Assembly (NCBI GenBank): GCA_963676165.1
Contig: OY781043.1
Coordinates: forward strand, 3,642,023-3,706,022
From: Bacteroidales bacterium
GTDB taxonomy: Bacteria > Bacteroidota > Bacteroidia > Bacteroidales > ML635J-15
DNA: 64,000 nt
Reading direction: 5' to 3'
The position numbers and the translations under genes are program-made. Under the pieces are notes generated by a model. That model was not told the origin of the DNA. It worked only from the letters and a program-made list of their open reading frames with translations, and searched no databases. Numbering within the stretch: the first letter of the stretch is position 1; every line of letters starts with the position of its first letter. Positions 38,901 to 46,426 of this stretch are shown here, piece after piece.

Positions 38901-40960
38901 AAAGCAATGGCTCCACGATTAGGAATAAGTACCCAATCTTCACTTGTACTTGTGGTATATTGCGTATGAATATTACCTGAGTAGCAGGAGTTTGCCAGCA
39001 TGAAAGGATATCTGTCCTGGTTGTTGTAATTCTCAGGAAAATCAATGTTTTGATCAAATCCACTTGTGGAAGCATGCCCAAAGAAACACATCATAGAAAC
39101 ACCATTGTCTATTAAATCGCGCACAGAATCAGATGTTGTAATTTGAATAGGAGCTGAGCTATTTTTCAAGAAAGTATGTACATAGCCACCATACAAAGTG
39201 TCTTCTATAATTTCCTCATAATCTGACAAGTAACTAGCAAATGTCTGTTGTTCAGTCGCAGTTGCGCCACCACCAAAATGTAAAATATTTTTCATCCATT
39301 CATCCACAGTATTGGACTCATACACTGTCAATTTATCCAGATAATCAAGAATTTGTTGCTCATTGGTTACAGCCAACCTTCCTGTTGGAACAAGGGGCTC
39401 AAAACCTGTCCCTTCCAATCCTGCTGTAATTAAAACATCACTGGGAGGATTTCCAAAGCTTGGGACTAAATTATTCGCATAATAGCTTGTGTTATTTCGT
39501 GCTGTTGCACTGTTAATGCCTTTCCCTATGATAAAAAGAAACTCAGGCACTCGTGATGTTTCATTGATTATATCCTGAATAAGTTGACGAACTGCATAAG
39601 GATGCTTACTCACTCCATACATATATTGATTATAAAGCTCTTCAATATTATAAATTGCAGCATCATGACCTGTGGAATTTCTGTATGCTTGATATTGTTC
39701 CGCACCATTCATTAGCCTTGGGTGAGTAATAATGAGATATTTTGCTGTTGGATACACCGATAAATAATCAGTGAACTTACCACTTTCGGTTACAGGTTTT
39801 AAGTCGGTGATTTCAATAAGTCCGTTCTGATTGCATAGTAGCATGTGGCGATCTTCTCCATTGTTTTCAGCCAAAACCTTAAAAAGACTACCGTCTGCAG
39901 TCGCCATTCTGCGTTGATGTTGATCTAAATCGTACAAATAAACCGATGATCCGCCATTGAAATTTGAAATCTCCAAATAGTCTTTTGTACCAGTACCAGG
40001 AGGTAAAATGAACTCAAAAGCATCTAATCCTTCGAAATCGAAGCTGTGTGCATAGCGGATATCAATATAAGAAGCTCTGTTGTAATCGTTATAGCTTGGA
40101 TTTTGCACATCATTAGAAGAAAACACAAAGCTAATTTGTTCTGGTATAGATGCAGCTGATATCTGAATTTGTTCACGTACAAACTCATAACCGTAATAAA
40201 TTTCATCAATTCGCGTGGCTCCTAAAAAATCCACTTTTAATTGATGAGGAATATAAGAAATGAAATCTTCGTTCGGTGTTCCGGCAGCTGCAATTTCTAT
40301 GATGGCATCTGGTCCACTACTACTAGCTGAAGCAGTTGAAATTGTTTTTGTTATGGGAGCGTCTTCTTCAATACGACTAGCATCTAACCACGATTCTCCT
40401 TCAGTGTAAAGGCATCTTGTGGAAGCACCATAATATTTTCCTGTATAGTTTTCTCTGACATGCTTAATGCAATAAGGTGCTAAATTGGAGGTGTGTGGAG
40501 TAAAATCGTTATCAATAATATTCTCAATCCGCCGATTATTGATGGATGTATTGTATGTTAGAAAATAAACTGAAGTATCTGTAAATAAGCTATGATCAGG
40601 ATTCAAACAATTTTCTGGATCGTCCCAAAGGACAGTATCTTGATAGCCTCGGTTTCGTTTCCCGTAAAACTCAATATAGCCTGTAGGATCAAAAATTCCA
40701 TTGGTGCCTTCTCCACGGATGTAAATGTATTGTTCCTCTCCTTGATAAAAGAGCTGAATTTTTCGCGGATCAATTTCATTTGCAGGAAATCCACTATTGA
40801 CAAGAATTTGATATGGGATTCGATGAATACCATCTTGAACAACCTGAACCTGATAATAGGTCTGATCATAGTTAATCCATTCGTTTCCAACTGACTGTGC
40901 ATTGATGGACAGTGGTAAAAACATCAACAATATAATGGCAATATGAAAGATCTGCTTCAT
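35951..40960 (-). CDS. Very large C25-family (gingipain/PorU-like) cysteine peptidase with T9SS C-terminal domain
   Basis: 1669 aa. Signal peptide. C25 catalytic contexts MCFFGHASTSGF (His) and MLANSCYSGNIH (Cys) at about aa 630-670. C-terminal Ig/beta-sandwich NYPNPFSSSTRFVFELTG...GVYFYRVKTK. Confidence 0.75.
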   Translation of the reverse strand: MKQIFHIAIILLMFLPLSINAQSVGNEWINYDQTYYQVQVVQDGIHRIPYQILVNSGFPANEIDPRKIQLFYQGEEQYIYIRGEGTNGIFDPTGYIEFYGKRNRGYQDTVLWDDPENCLNPDHSLFTDTSVYFLTYNTSINNRRIENIIDNDFTPHTSNLAPYCIKHVRENYTGKYYGASTRCLYTEGESWLDASRIEEDAPITKTISTASASSSGPDAIIEIAAAGTPNEDFISYIPHQLKVDFLGATRIDEIYYGYEFVREQIQISAASIPEQISFVFSSNDVQNPSYNDYNRASYIDIRYAHSFDFEGLDAFEFILPPGTGTKDYLEISNFNGGSSVYLYDLDQHQRRMATADGSLFKVLAENNGEDRHMLLCNQNGLIEITDLKPVTESGKFTDYLSVYPTAKYLIITHPRLMNGAEQYQAYRNSTGHDAAIYNIEELYNQYMYGVSKHPYAVRQLIQDIINETSRVPEFLFIIGKGINSATARNNTSYYANNLVPSFGNPPSDVLITAGLEGTGFEPLVPTGRLAVTNEQQILDYLDKLTVYESNTVDEWMKNILHFGGGATATEQQTFASYLSDYEEIIEDTLYGGYVHTFLKNSSAPIQITTSDSVRDLIDNGVSMMCFFGHASTSGFDQNIDFPENYNNQDRYPFMLANSCYSGNIHTQYTTSTSEDWVLIPNRGAIAFMASVGQGLPSYLNVYTENLYEQMAYKNYGTPLGYQQKQAIVESQFVSTTNIQLEATCHEMTLHGDPAIMLNHADLPDLIVESNDIQFDPEEITTVLDSFLVHLTVRNIGRAFQDSFLVHVERRYPDNSMESLDIARTYSYYRDTITFKLPVNTEKGPGLNQLSIRLDYYDEIEEMNELNNNIDLNFLISSSRLFPIYPYEYAIYPDATPTLKASTGMPFATEMEYFFEMDTTDLFNSNLGAPLYSGTVTSPGGVVEWTPPTSLDNNTVYYWQVAASHPNPDSIQWNESSFIYIPGEEGWSQAHFFQFKKDDYDFINYNRDTRDYTYVETARELHVHNQGILWTQTFSDVLWAIDGVIGDGLGDVGCCHTPPAMIVVVIDPVELRGWSSDYEDFGHRNYPKCSTQGSPGSFFVFSTGSADDFNEETMGAMNDMLINHVPDGHYILVYSWEDGYFESWPEELYTTFESLGATEIRTVSNDIPYIFFCQKGNPSVAEEVVADYPEEEIDFYYDLFSAFNYGTISSTVIGPSNNWSSLHWMQNSEDDPDHDESQLEILAYDPVSLEESPIDTILPPTYEVYMLNEVISASEYPYLKLRFRTQDDSVKTPGQIDKWQLRHTGIPETAINPQAGFYISGDTVLKGENFEFALATENISMHGMDSMLVKYWLQTDDNEVIDLESRRLRPHPAGDILIDTITLNTIDLHGLNSIWVEYNPTTESGNYDQAEQYHFNNIAQYFFVVEGDEENPILDVTFDGVRILDGDIVSAKPEILISLNDENPYLALNDTSLFRVYLTNLNTGTEKRIFFRDSLGNEVLKWTPGVLPENKFRIDYRPEFDEDGMYQLRVQATDASGNESGDYDFTISFEVITQSSITHILNYPNPFSSSTRFVFELTGSVVPDEIRIEIYTVTGKLVKVIDQNELGPIHIGRNITEYAWDGTDMYGDQLANGVYFYRVKTKIQGENIEHRSNEADNYFKQEIGKMYLMR

Positions 40961-40969
40961 GCTAACAAC

Positions 40970-42073
40970 TTATTCGGTTTCTAAACGACTGCTTGATTGG
41001 CTCATTTGTTTTGTACTAAAACGGTATCTTAGGCTAAAAACATGAGAATAAAAGTTCTCATCGCTTCCTAAATTTGACAAGGCATAATCTATGCTAAGAC
41101 CTCTAAAATGAATGCCAGCACCTAAATTTGTTTGTATTCGCCAAGATGTTTCATCATCAGCTAATGGAATTTGCTGCATATTACCTAAGCCAGCTCTCAA
41201 AAAGACTTTCTTGTTGTAATTAAGCTCTAATCCGGCACGTGGGTCAATGCTTAGAAGGTTTGTTTTCAGCAAAGTATTGCGTTTTCCATCAAATGTGTTA
41301 AACAAATCAACTGCAAGCAGGGCTCCAAATTTATCAATGATTTGAAACTCTCTTGATGCTGCTATGGTCAAACTTGGAAGAGTAATTTCCATCGAATTTT
41401 CAGGTAAAATGTTACCGGTTTGAGTCCATGTCTCTTCAAGCAAATCGGTATTGAATGACCATGCATTGAATGTGGATGTTACATCTCTGGCAGTTGCTGC
41501 AAAATTCCATTTATTTAGTTGATATCGTCCTGACACATCAAAACCAAAACCCCAGGCACCGCCGAAATCGCCAGCGGTACGTCGAATAATTTTTACGTTA
41601 CCACCAACACTTAAATTTTCAATGTTTAGTGCTCTAGCATAGGACAAAAGGACTGCAAGATCAGCTGCTGAGAAGGAGGATAATCTGTCATATCGTATGT
41701 TTCCATCGCTGTCAATTAAATCCAAAGTATTGGGAATATCATCCACTCCAAAACGAATAAATGAAGCACCAATGACATTTTTTTTATCAATGCGATAAGC
41801 AAGACCTCCGAAATCATAACTTGCCACTCCAGCAAAATACTCAGCATGCATAAGTCCAAGTTCCATGTCATTATCCAGACCAATTAGGGAGGCAGAATTC
41901 CAATACATACCATTGATATTGTCGGAAGTTGATGTAACAGCACCAGACATTCCGAGTGCACGTGCACCAACCCCAATATTTAAAAATTCATTGGAATATT
42001 TGGGTGCTGTTTGAGCATTTACAGAGTAAAAACCTAGCAGCAATAGCCATACAATGAGTGACGTTTTCTTCAT
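40970..42073 (-). CDS. PorV/PorQ-family outer-membrane beta-barrel (T9SS-associated)
   Basis: Signal peptide MKKTSLIVWLLLLGFYSVNAQ. N-terminal signature EFLNIGVGARALGMSGAVTSTSDNINGMYWNSASL resembles the PorV motif. Alternating beta-strand pattern throughout. I prefer the ATG at 42073 to the track start at 42250. Confidence 0.6.
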   Translation of the reverse strand: MKKTSLIVWLLLLGFYSVNAQTAPKYSNEFLNIGVGARALGMSGAVTSTSDNINGMYWNSASLIGLDNDMELGLMHAEYFAGVASYDFGGLAYRIDKKNVIGASFIRFGVDDIPNTLDLIDSDGNIRYDRLSSFSAADLAVLLSYARALNIENLSVGGNVKIIRRTAGDFGGAWGFGFDVSGRYQLNKWNFAATARDVTSTFNAWSFNTDLLEETWTQTGNILPENSMEITLPSLTIAASREFQIIDKFGALLAVDLFNTFDGKRNTLLKTNLLSIDPRAGLELNYNKKVFLRAGLGNMQQIPLADDETSWRIQTNLGAGIHFRGLSIDYALSNLGSDENFYSHVFSLRYRFSTKQMSQSSSRLETE

Positions 42074-42315
42074 TTCTTTCTGTTTACTTGTCCGAGAAAT
42101 CGCTATTTTAATCGGATAATCAAATATACAAAAAAAACCATCGGAGAAAGAAAAGGTTTGATTAGGCTGTAGAGGGGAGAAGTTCAGTGGGTAACAGTGC
42201 CTGAATAGTGCTACGAAGCAATCCTGACGCATGTTCAGACCGCGGGACATTGAGCAGAAAAAACTTTAAATCTTCCCCTCTTATGTCGGTCGACTATTTT
42301 GTGCGAACTTCAAAC

Positions 42316-43257
42316 CTATACCTCTCTCAGCGTTTTTCCATTAAGCCATGATTCAATGTTTTCGAATACAATGGCGATGCGTTTTTGCATTGCTTCATGG
42401 GTTGCATAAGCGATATGAGGCATGAGTAAACAGTTGGGTGCATCTATCAAAGGATGGTCTTGTGGTAAGGGTGGCTCAACTTCATAAATATCAAAGGCTG
42501 CACCTGCTATTTTCTGATTAATTAAAGCCTGTTTTAATGCTGGCATATCTACCACCAGACCACGGGCACAATTGATTAGAATTGCGTTGGATTTCATGTT
42601 TTGGAAAGCTTCCGCACCAAACATTCCTTTAGTTTGCTCGGTTAACGGAACATACAAACTTATGATATCAGATTCTTTGATGATTTCATCTATAGTGGCA
42701 TAGGTCCAGTATTCTCCATCCGCTTGGCGGCGGTTATTTCCCAGCACTTTGCAACCAAATCCTTGAAAAATACGTGCTGCAACTGTTCCAATTTGGCCAG
42801 TTCCAACAATACCAACAGTTTTTCCGCTTAATTCAGTTCCTGTTAGTCCATTTCTTCCCATGAATTGACGCGTTTGCTGATCTGCTGTCGGAATGTCTCG
42901 CAGAAGGCTTAAAACCATGCCAACAGACAGTTCTGCCACCGATTCATTGGAATAACCTGCGGCATTACTCACTTGTATACCTCGAGATTTACAATAATCT
43001 AAATCAATATGATCAGTTCCTGAAAATGCTGCTACAAGATATTTTAATTGTTTCCAATTTTCCATGAGGGATTTCGGAACCGGAATGTTGCTGATGATTA
43101 GTACATCTGCATCTGAACCTCGCTTGGCAAGTTCTTTAGGGTCTTCATTGCGGTCAGGATAGATGATTAACTCGTGACCTTTGTCCTGATACATATTTGT
43201 CCATTTCTGAGCTTGGTCTGCTTCGATATTAATCGGTTCAAGGAATACAATTTTCAT
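42316..43257 (-). CDS. D-isomer-specific 2-hydroxyacid dehydrogenase family protein
   Basis: 313 aa. NAD-binding motif GKTVGIVGTGQIG. Catalytic-domain blocks NCARGLVVD and MPHIAYAT. Confidence 0.8.
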   Translation of the reverse strand: MKIVFLEPINIEADQAQKWTNMYQDKGHELIIYPDRNEDPKELAKRGSDADVLIISNIPVPKSLMENWKQLKYLVAAFSGTDHIDLDYCKSRGIQVSNAAGYSNESVAELSVGMVLSLLRDIPTADQQTRQFMGRNGLTGTELSGKTVGIVGTGQIGTVAARIFQGFGCKVLGNNRRQADGEYWTYATIDEIIKESDIISLYVPLTEQTKGMFGAEAFQNMKSNAILINCARGLVVDMPALKQALINQKIAGAAFDIYEVEPPLPQDHPLIDAPNCLLMPHIAYATHEAMQKRIAIVFENIESWLNGKTLREV

Positions 43258-44000
43258 AACTTTTGATTTAAAATATGGTTTATTTCAGACAAAATTTCTC
43301 CCGCTTTTCCTTGGAGAAAAATATCGCTGATAGAATGTGTAAATTGACTCTCTTCAGTGTTAATTTCAATAATTTTCGCTCCATTTTTTTTTGCTTCATA
43401 GGGGATGTAGCTTGCCGGAATGATTTCACCACTTGTTCCAACAACTAGAAATACATCCGACTGAATAGCTTCTTCAATTGAGCGTGAACCTGCTGGTTCC
43501 GGGATATTTTCTCCAAAGAAAATAAAATCTGGTTTTAGGAGCTTACCACAGGATGGACAGATTGGAGGTGTATCAGTGAGTTTGAGCGCATTAACTGGTG
43601 TAATTTTTCCGCAATCTACGCATACAAACTGTCGTGCGTTTCCATGATATTCCAGTACATTCTGACTTCCGGCTTCTTGGTGCAAATTGTCAATATTTTG
43701 AGTGATAATGGTTTTAATAATGCCTTTGCTTTCCCAATCGGCAAGTATTTGGTGGGCAGAATTAGGTTTTGCGCTACCAAAGAAATCAAAGAATAAGCGC
43801 TTAATAACAGGCCAACTTTCATGGCTTGCATAATGATATCTTGTCAGATCCAAAATCATGGGATCATAATCCGCCCATAAACCACCTTCGCCACGAAAAG
43901 GAGGGATACCACTTTCAACGGAAATTCCTGCCCCTGTAAAAGCAATGGCATATTTCGCCTGATAAAATATTTCGGCTGTTTTATGGATGATTTCTTTCAA
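43254..44000 (-). CDS. cobB: NAD-dependent protein deacylase (Sir2/CobB family)
   Basis: 248 aa. GAGISVESGIPPFRG, QNIDNLH, and the Zn-ribbon CVDCG...CPSCG. It overlaps the downstream dehydrogenase gene by 4 nt. Confidence 0.85.
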   Translation of the reverse strand: MKEIIHKTAEIFYQAKYAIAFTGAGISVESGIPPFRGEGGLWADYDPMILDLTRYHYASHESWPVIKRLFFDFFGSAKPNSAHQILADWESKGIIKTIITQNIDNLHQEAGSQNVLEYHGNARQFVCVDCGKITPVNALKLTDTPPICPSCGKLLKPDFIFFGENIPEPAGSRSIEEAIQSDVFLVVGTSGEIIPASYIPYEAKKNGAKIIEINTEESQFTHSISDIFLQGKAGEILSEINHILNQKL

Positions 44001-44294
44001 AATTGAAGATTTTCTGTAAAAATAGCATTTCCAAATGAGAAAAGGCGGTCATTTTTGCAATATTCCAAGCATGAACTGATATATTGTTCAGCAGAGAAAC
44101 CTTATGAATAGGCTGGCATTTATTTTATTATGCCAATTTCATATGAATGATGATGTGATTTTTACAGTGCTAATTTTTGGTAAAAATGACTTGGAAATGT
44201 AACAAATTAATAAATTGATGTGATAGATGAAATATGAAAAGTCTTGTAGAGTTGAATTTGAGGTTTTTGATATGATAAGAAATCTTAAATTCCT

Positions 44295-45143
44295 CTAAAT
44301 AGCTTTAAGACGCAGGATATAACCATGATCAATGCATTGTCCAAATCTGTCTTCTCCATCAATTTTAATGTGATCTTCCAAAGTAAACCCAATGTCAATA
44401 ATCTCTTGAATAAGGTCTTTTAGATGGAGTTTTTCTGTGTACACGCTCAAAGAAATTATGGCATTAGAATTTAGTATTTGTTTACATAAAAGGAGGAAAG
44501 GAATAAGGTCTTTTTCAATTTTCCATGGTCTTTTTGCTTTTCCATGTCCAAAAGCTGGTGGATCAGCAAGGATAAGATCGTAGCGATTACCGCGACGAAT
44601 TTCACGTTGTACGAATGTTGGAGCATCATCACAAATCCAGCGCGTATTTTTCAAATGATTGTCAAACATCATTGATTTTCCCCATTGAACCAATTGCTTG
44701 AGCGCATCCACATGACATACTTCAAATCCAACCTGAGCGGCAACAATGGATGAAATACCTGTGTAACCAAATAAATTAAGAAGTTTTCCTTTGGGCTGTT
44801 GTGAAATAAACTGCCAGTTCAAAATTTGTTCAGGGAAAACCCCAAGATGTTTGAATCCTGTTTTTCGCAATGTCAGTTGAGTAGCATTCAGTGTATCTGG
44901 TAGCGAAACTTTCCACTCATTGGCATGGGTTTTAATTGTTCTCCATGTTCCTGAAGTTCTGCTTTCCTGAATGAATTCTGCATGTGCTAATTCTTCCCAT
45001 TCAGCAAAGGATAAATGAGCTTTATGTGTTGCAGAAGATTCTGGTCGGATGAAACATATTTCCCCAAATTGTTCCAGTTTTTTATGATTTCCACTGTCAA
45101 TAAGCTCATAATCTGACCATATGTCATGGATGTTTAATCTCAT
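44295..45143 (-). CDS. Class I SAM-dependent methyltransferase (RlmI/RlmK-like C-terminal domain type)
   Basis: 282 aa. LNLFGYTGISS (motif I-like) and ILADPPAFG (motif IV). Confidence 0.65.
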   Translation of the reverse strand: MRLNIHDIWSDYELIDSGNHKKLEQFGEICFIRPESSATHKAHLSFAEWEELAHAEFIQESRTSGTWRTIKTHANEWKVSLPDTLNATQLTLRKTGFKHLGVFPEQILNWQFISQQPKGKLLNLFGYTGISSIVAAQVGFEVCHVDALKQLVQWGKSMMFDNHLKNTRWICDDAPTFVQREIRRGNRYDLILADPPAFGHGKAKRPWKIEKDLIPFLLLCKQILNSNAIISLSVYTEKLHLKDLIQEIIDIGFTLEDHIKIDGEDRFGQCIDHGYILRLKAI

Positions 45144-45598
45144 TTTTCTTCACCCCAATACAATTTCTTTCCAAAGCCCAAGCGGTTATCTGTCATTTTG
45201 AAAAATGTTGGTCTTACTACCCATAAAGAGGTCTTTGTGAGAACAGCAAAAGGGTATTTTTTTATGTAGGCTTTTCTGCATTTTTTGTAAAAGTTATTTT
45301 CTGCTTTTTCAATTATTCCCTGAAATTGCAAGCCTCTAATTTTTCCTACCATGCTGGTCTCCAATACAATTCCACCGCTCACCAAGTCTGTTGTTATTGC
45401 ATCTGAAACATGGCGGGTATCGTTGTCACTAGTAAACAAAAAGGCATTTTCATCTTCCATCCAAACGTAGAAGCAATGCGCAACCCAAGGTCTTTCTGCT
45501 TTTGCTGTTGCTAAGCTAAGTACATGATGTTCATTGATGAAGTCGATGATGCGTTCAGAAATTATTTTCGTCATAATTGCCATGTTTTTTTGATGCAA
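45140..45598 (-). CDS. Pyridoxamine 5'-phosphate oxidase-fold family protein (YhbP-like)
   Basis: 152 aa, with the pattern of the split-barrel FMN-binding family. It overlaps the downstream methyltransferase by 4 nt. Confidence 0.5.
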   Translation of the reverse strand: MHQKNMAIMTKIISERIIDFINEHHVLSLATAKAERPWVAHCFYVWMEDENAFLFTSDNDTRHVSDAITTDLVSGGIVLETSMVGKIRGLQFQGIIEKAENNFYKKCRKAYIKKYPFAVLTKTSLWVVRPTFFKMTDNRLGFGKKLYWGEEK

Positions 45599-45626
45599 TT
45601 CACAGGAAATTTTACCTTTACATCTT

Positions 45627-45634
45627 TAGATTTG
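45627..45634 (+). promoter_or_regulatory. Candidate -7 box (TAnnTTTG) for ribE
   Basis: TAGATTTG lies 22 nt upstream of the ATG at 45657. Confidence 0.35.
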
Positions 45635-45656
45635 CAAACCTAATAAATTAAAAGAT

Positions 45657-46277
45657 ATGTTTTCAGGAATTGTTGAAGAAGCTGCTAAAGTAGTTAAGCT
45701 AGAAAAAGACAAAGGAAACTTGCACATTACGCTAGAATGTTCTTTTGCAGATAATTTGAAAATTGATCAATCTGTTGCTCATAACGGAGTCTGTTTAACC
45801 GTTGTTGATGTTAACAAAGAAAAGAAACAGTACACAGTTACTGCGATTGATGAAACTCTGATCAAATCGAATTTAGGATTACTGGAAGTTGGTAGCGAAG
45901 TAAATCTTGAGCGCTCCATGACAATGGATAAACTGTTGGATGGTCATATGGTACAAGGACATGTGGATCAAACTGCAACTTGTGTTGACGTGAAAGAAGC
46001 GGATGGTTCTTGGTATTTTACTTTTGAATACGATAGAACCAAAGGTAATATTACAGTTGAAAAAGGTTCTGTTTCTGTGAATGGAGTTTCTCTTACTGTG
46101 GTTAACTCTAAAGATGACCGTTTTTCAGTGGCAATTATTCCATTCACCTATGATGTAACAAATTTCCACAATTTCAAATCGGGAACTGTTGTGAATTTAG
46201 AATTTGACATCATTGGGAAATATATCCAGAAAATTGTTTCTGGATATTTGGAAGGATTAAACCTAAAACAAGCATAA
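45657..46277 (+). CDS. ribE: Riboflavin synthase (alpha chain)
   Basis: 206 aa. MFSGIVEE start and internal duplication (SVAHNGVCLTVV and SVSVNGVSLTVV). Confidence 0.92.
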   Translation: MFSGIVEEAAKVVKLEKDKGNLHITLECSFADNLKIDQSVAHNGVCLTVVDVNKEKKQYTVTAIDETLIKSNLGLLEVGSEVNLERSMTMDKLLDGHMVQGHVDQTATCVDVKEADGSWYFTFEYDRTKGNITVEKGSVSVNGVSLTVVNSKDDRFSVAIIPFTYDVTNFHNFKSGTVVNLEFDIIGKYIQKIVSGYLEGLNLKQA

Positions 46278-46293
46278 GATCAGATTGTGTTAT

Positions 46294-46342
46294 CGCTTTT
46301 GGACATGATTTTTGCAAAAAAGCAAAAATTCACGCCAAAAGC
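46294..46342. repeat. Two-tier palindromic intergenic repeat (family member 3)
   Basis: CGCTTTTGG-acatg-ATTTTTGC-aaaaaa-GCAAAAAT-tcacg-CCAAAAGC, 17 nt after the ribE stop. Confidence 0.75.
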
Positions 46343-46371
46343 TATCTTCCCTGATTTTCAAATAATTGCAT

Positions 46372-46407
46372 AAAAAACATCTCTGAAATTTCAAAGATGT
46401 TTTTTTG
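46372..46407. terminator. Bidirectional rho-independent terminator
   Basis: A6-AACATCT-(12-nt loop)-AGATGTT-T6, between the convergent ribE and C10 peptidase genes. Confidence 0.6.
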
Positions 46408-46426
46408 TATCTGTATGTTGAAATAA

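Noticed and set aside
35832-42261. A perfect 16-nt inverted repeat, TTTTCTGCTCAATGTC (35832-35847, + strand) with its complement at 42246-42261, flanks the PorV-like/C25 operon. It suggested an invertible segment.
   Set aside because: For a 64-kb AT-rich window, roughly one 16-mer inverted match is expected by chance (about 4e9 position pairs against 4^16 sequences, and more with skewed composition). Similarity decays immediately outside the 16-mer. There is no recombinase gene nearby.
42171-42281. Possible ffs (4.5S/SRP RNA): 111 nt, G-rich/C-rich closing helix, GUCAGG-N10-AGCA on the minus strand.
   Set aside because: The 10 nt between GUCAGG and AGCA (AUUGCUUCGU) cannot form the conserved 3-bp stem plus GNRA-type tetraloop. 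The middle of the molecule (nt 22-41 versus 84-96) has no complementarity, so a long SRP-like hairpin does not fold. It is kept only as an unclassified structured element.
43254-44000. Sir2-domain protein as a possible NAD-depleting antiphage effector (Thoeris/DSR-like).
   Set aside because: It is short (248 aa) and has the complete CobB-type deacylase layout, including the CxxC...CxxC zinc ribbon. It is translationally coupled to a metabolic dehydrogenase. It has no partner sensor, TIR or helicase genes and no mobile context.
45599-45656. FMN riboswitch upstream of ribE, and other riboswitches upstream of nadB and purN.
   Set aside because: The ribE leader is only 58 nt and lacks the conserved FMN aptamer core. 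No comparable conserved aptamer strings were seen upstream of nadB. The purN start is outside the window.
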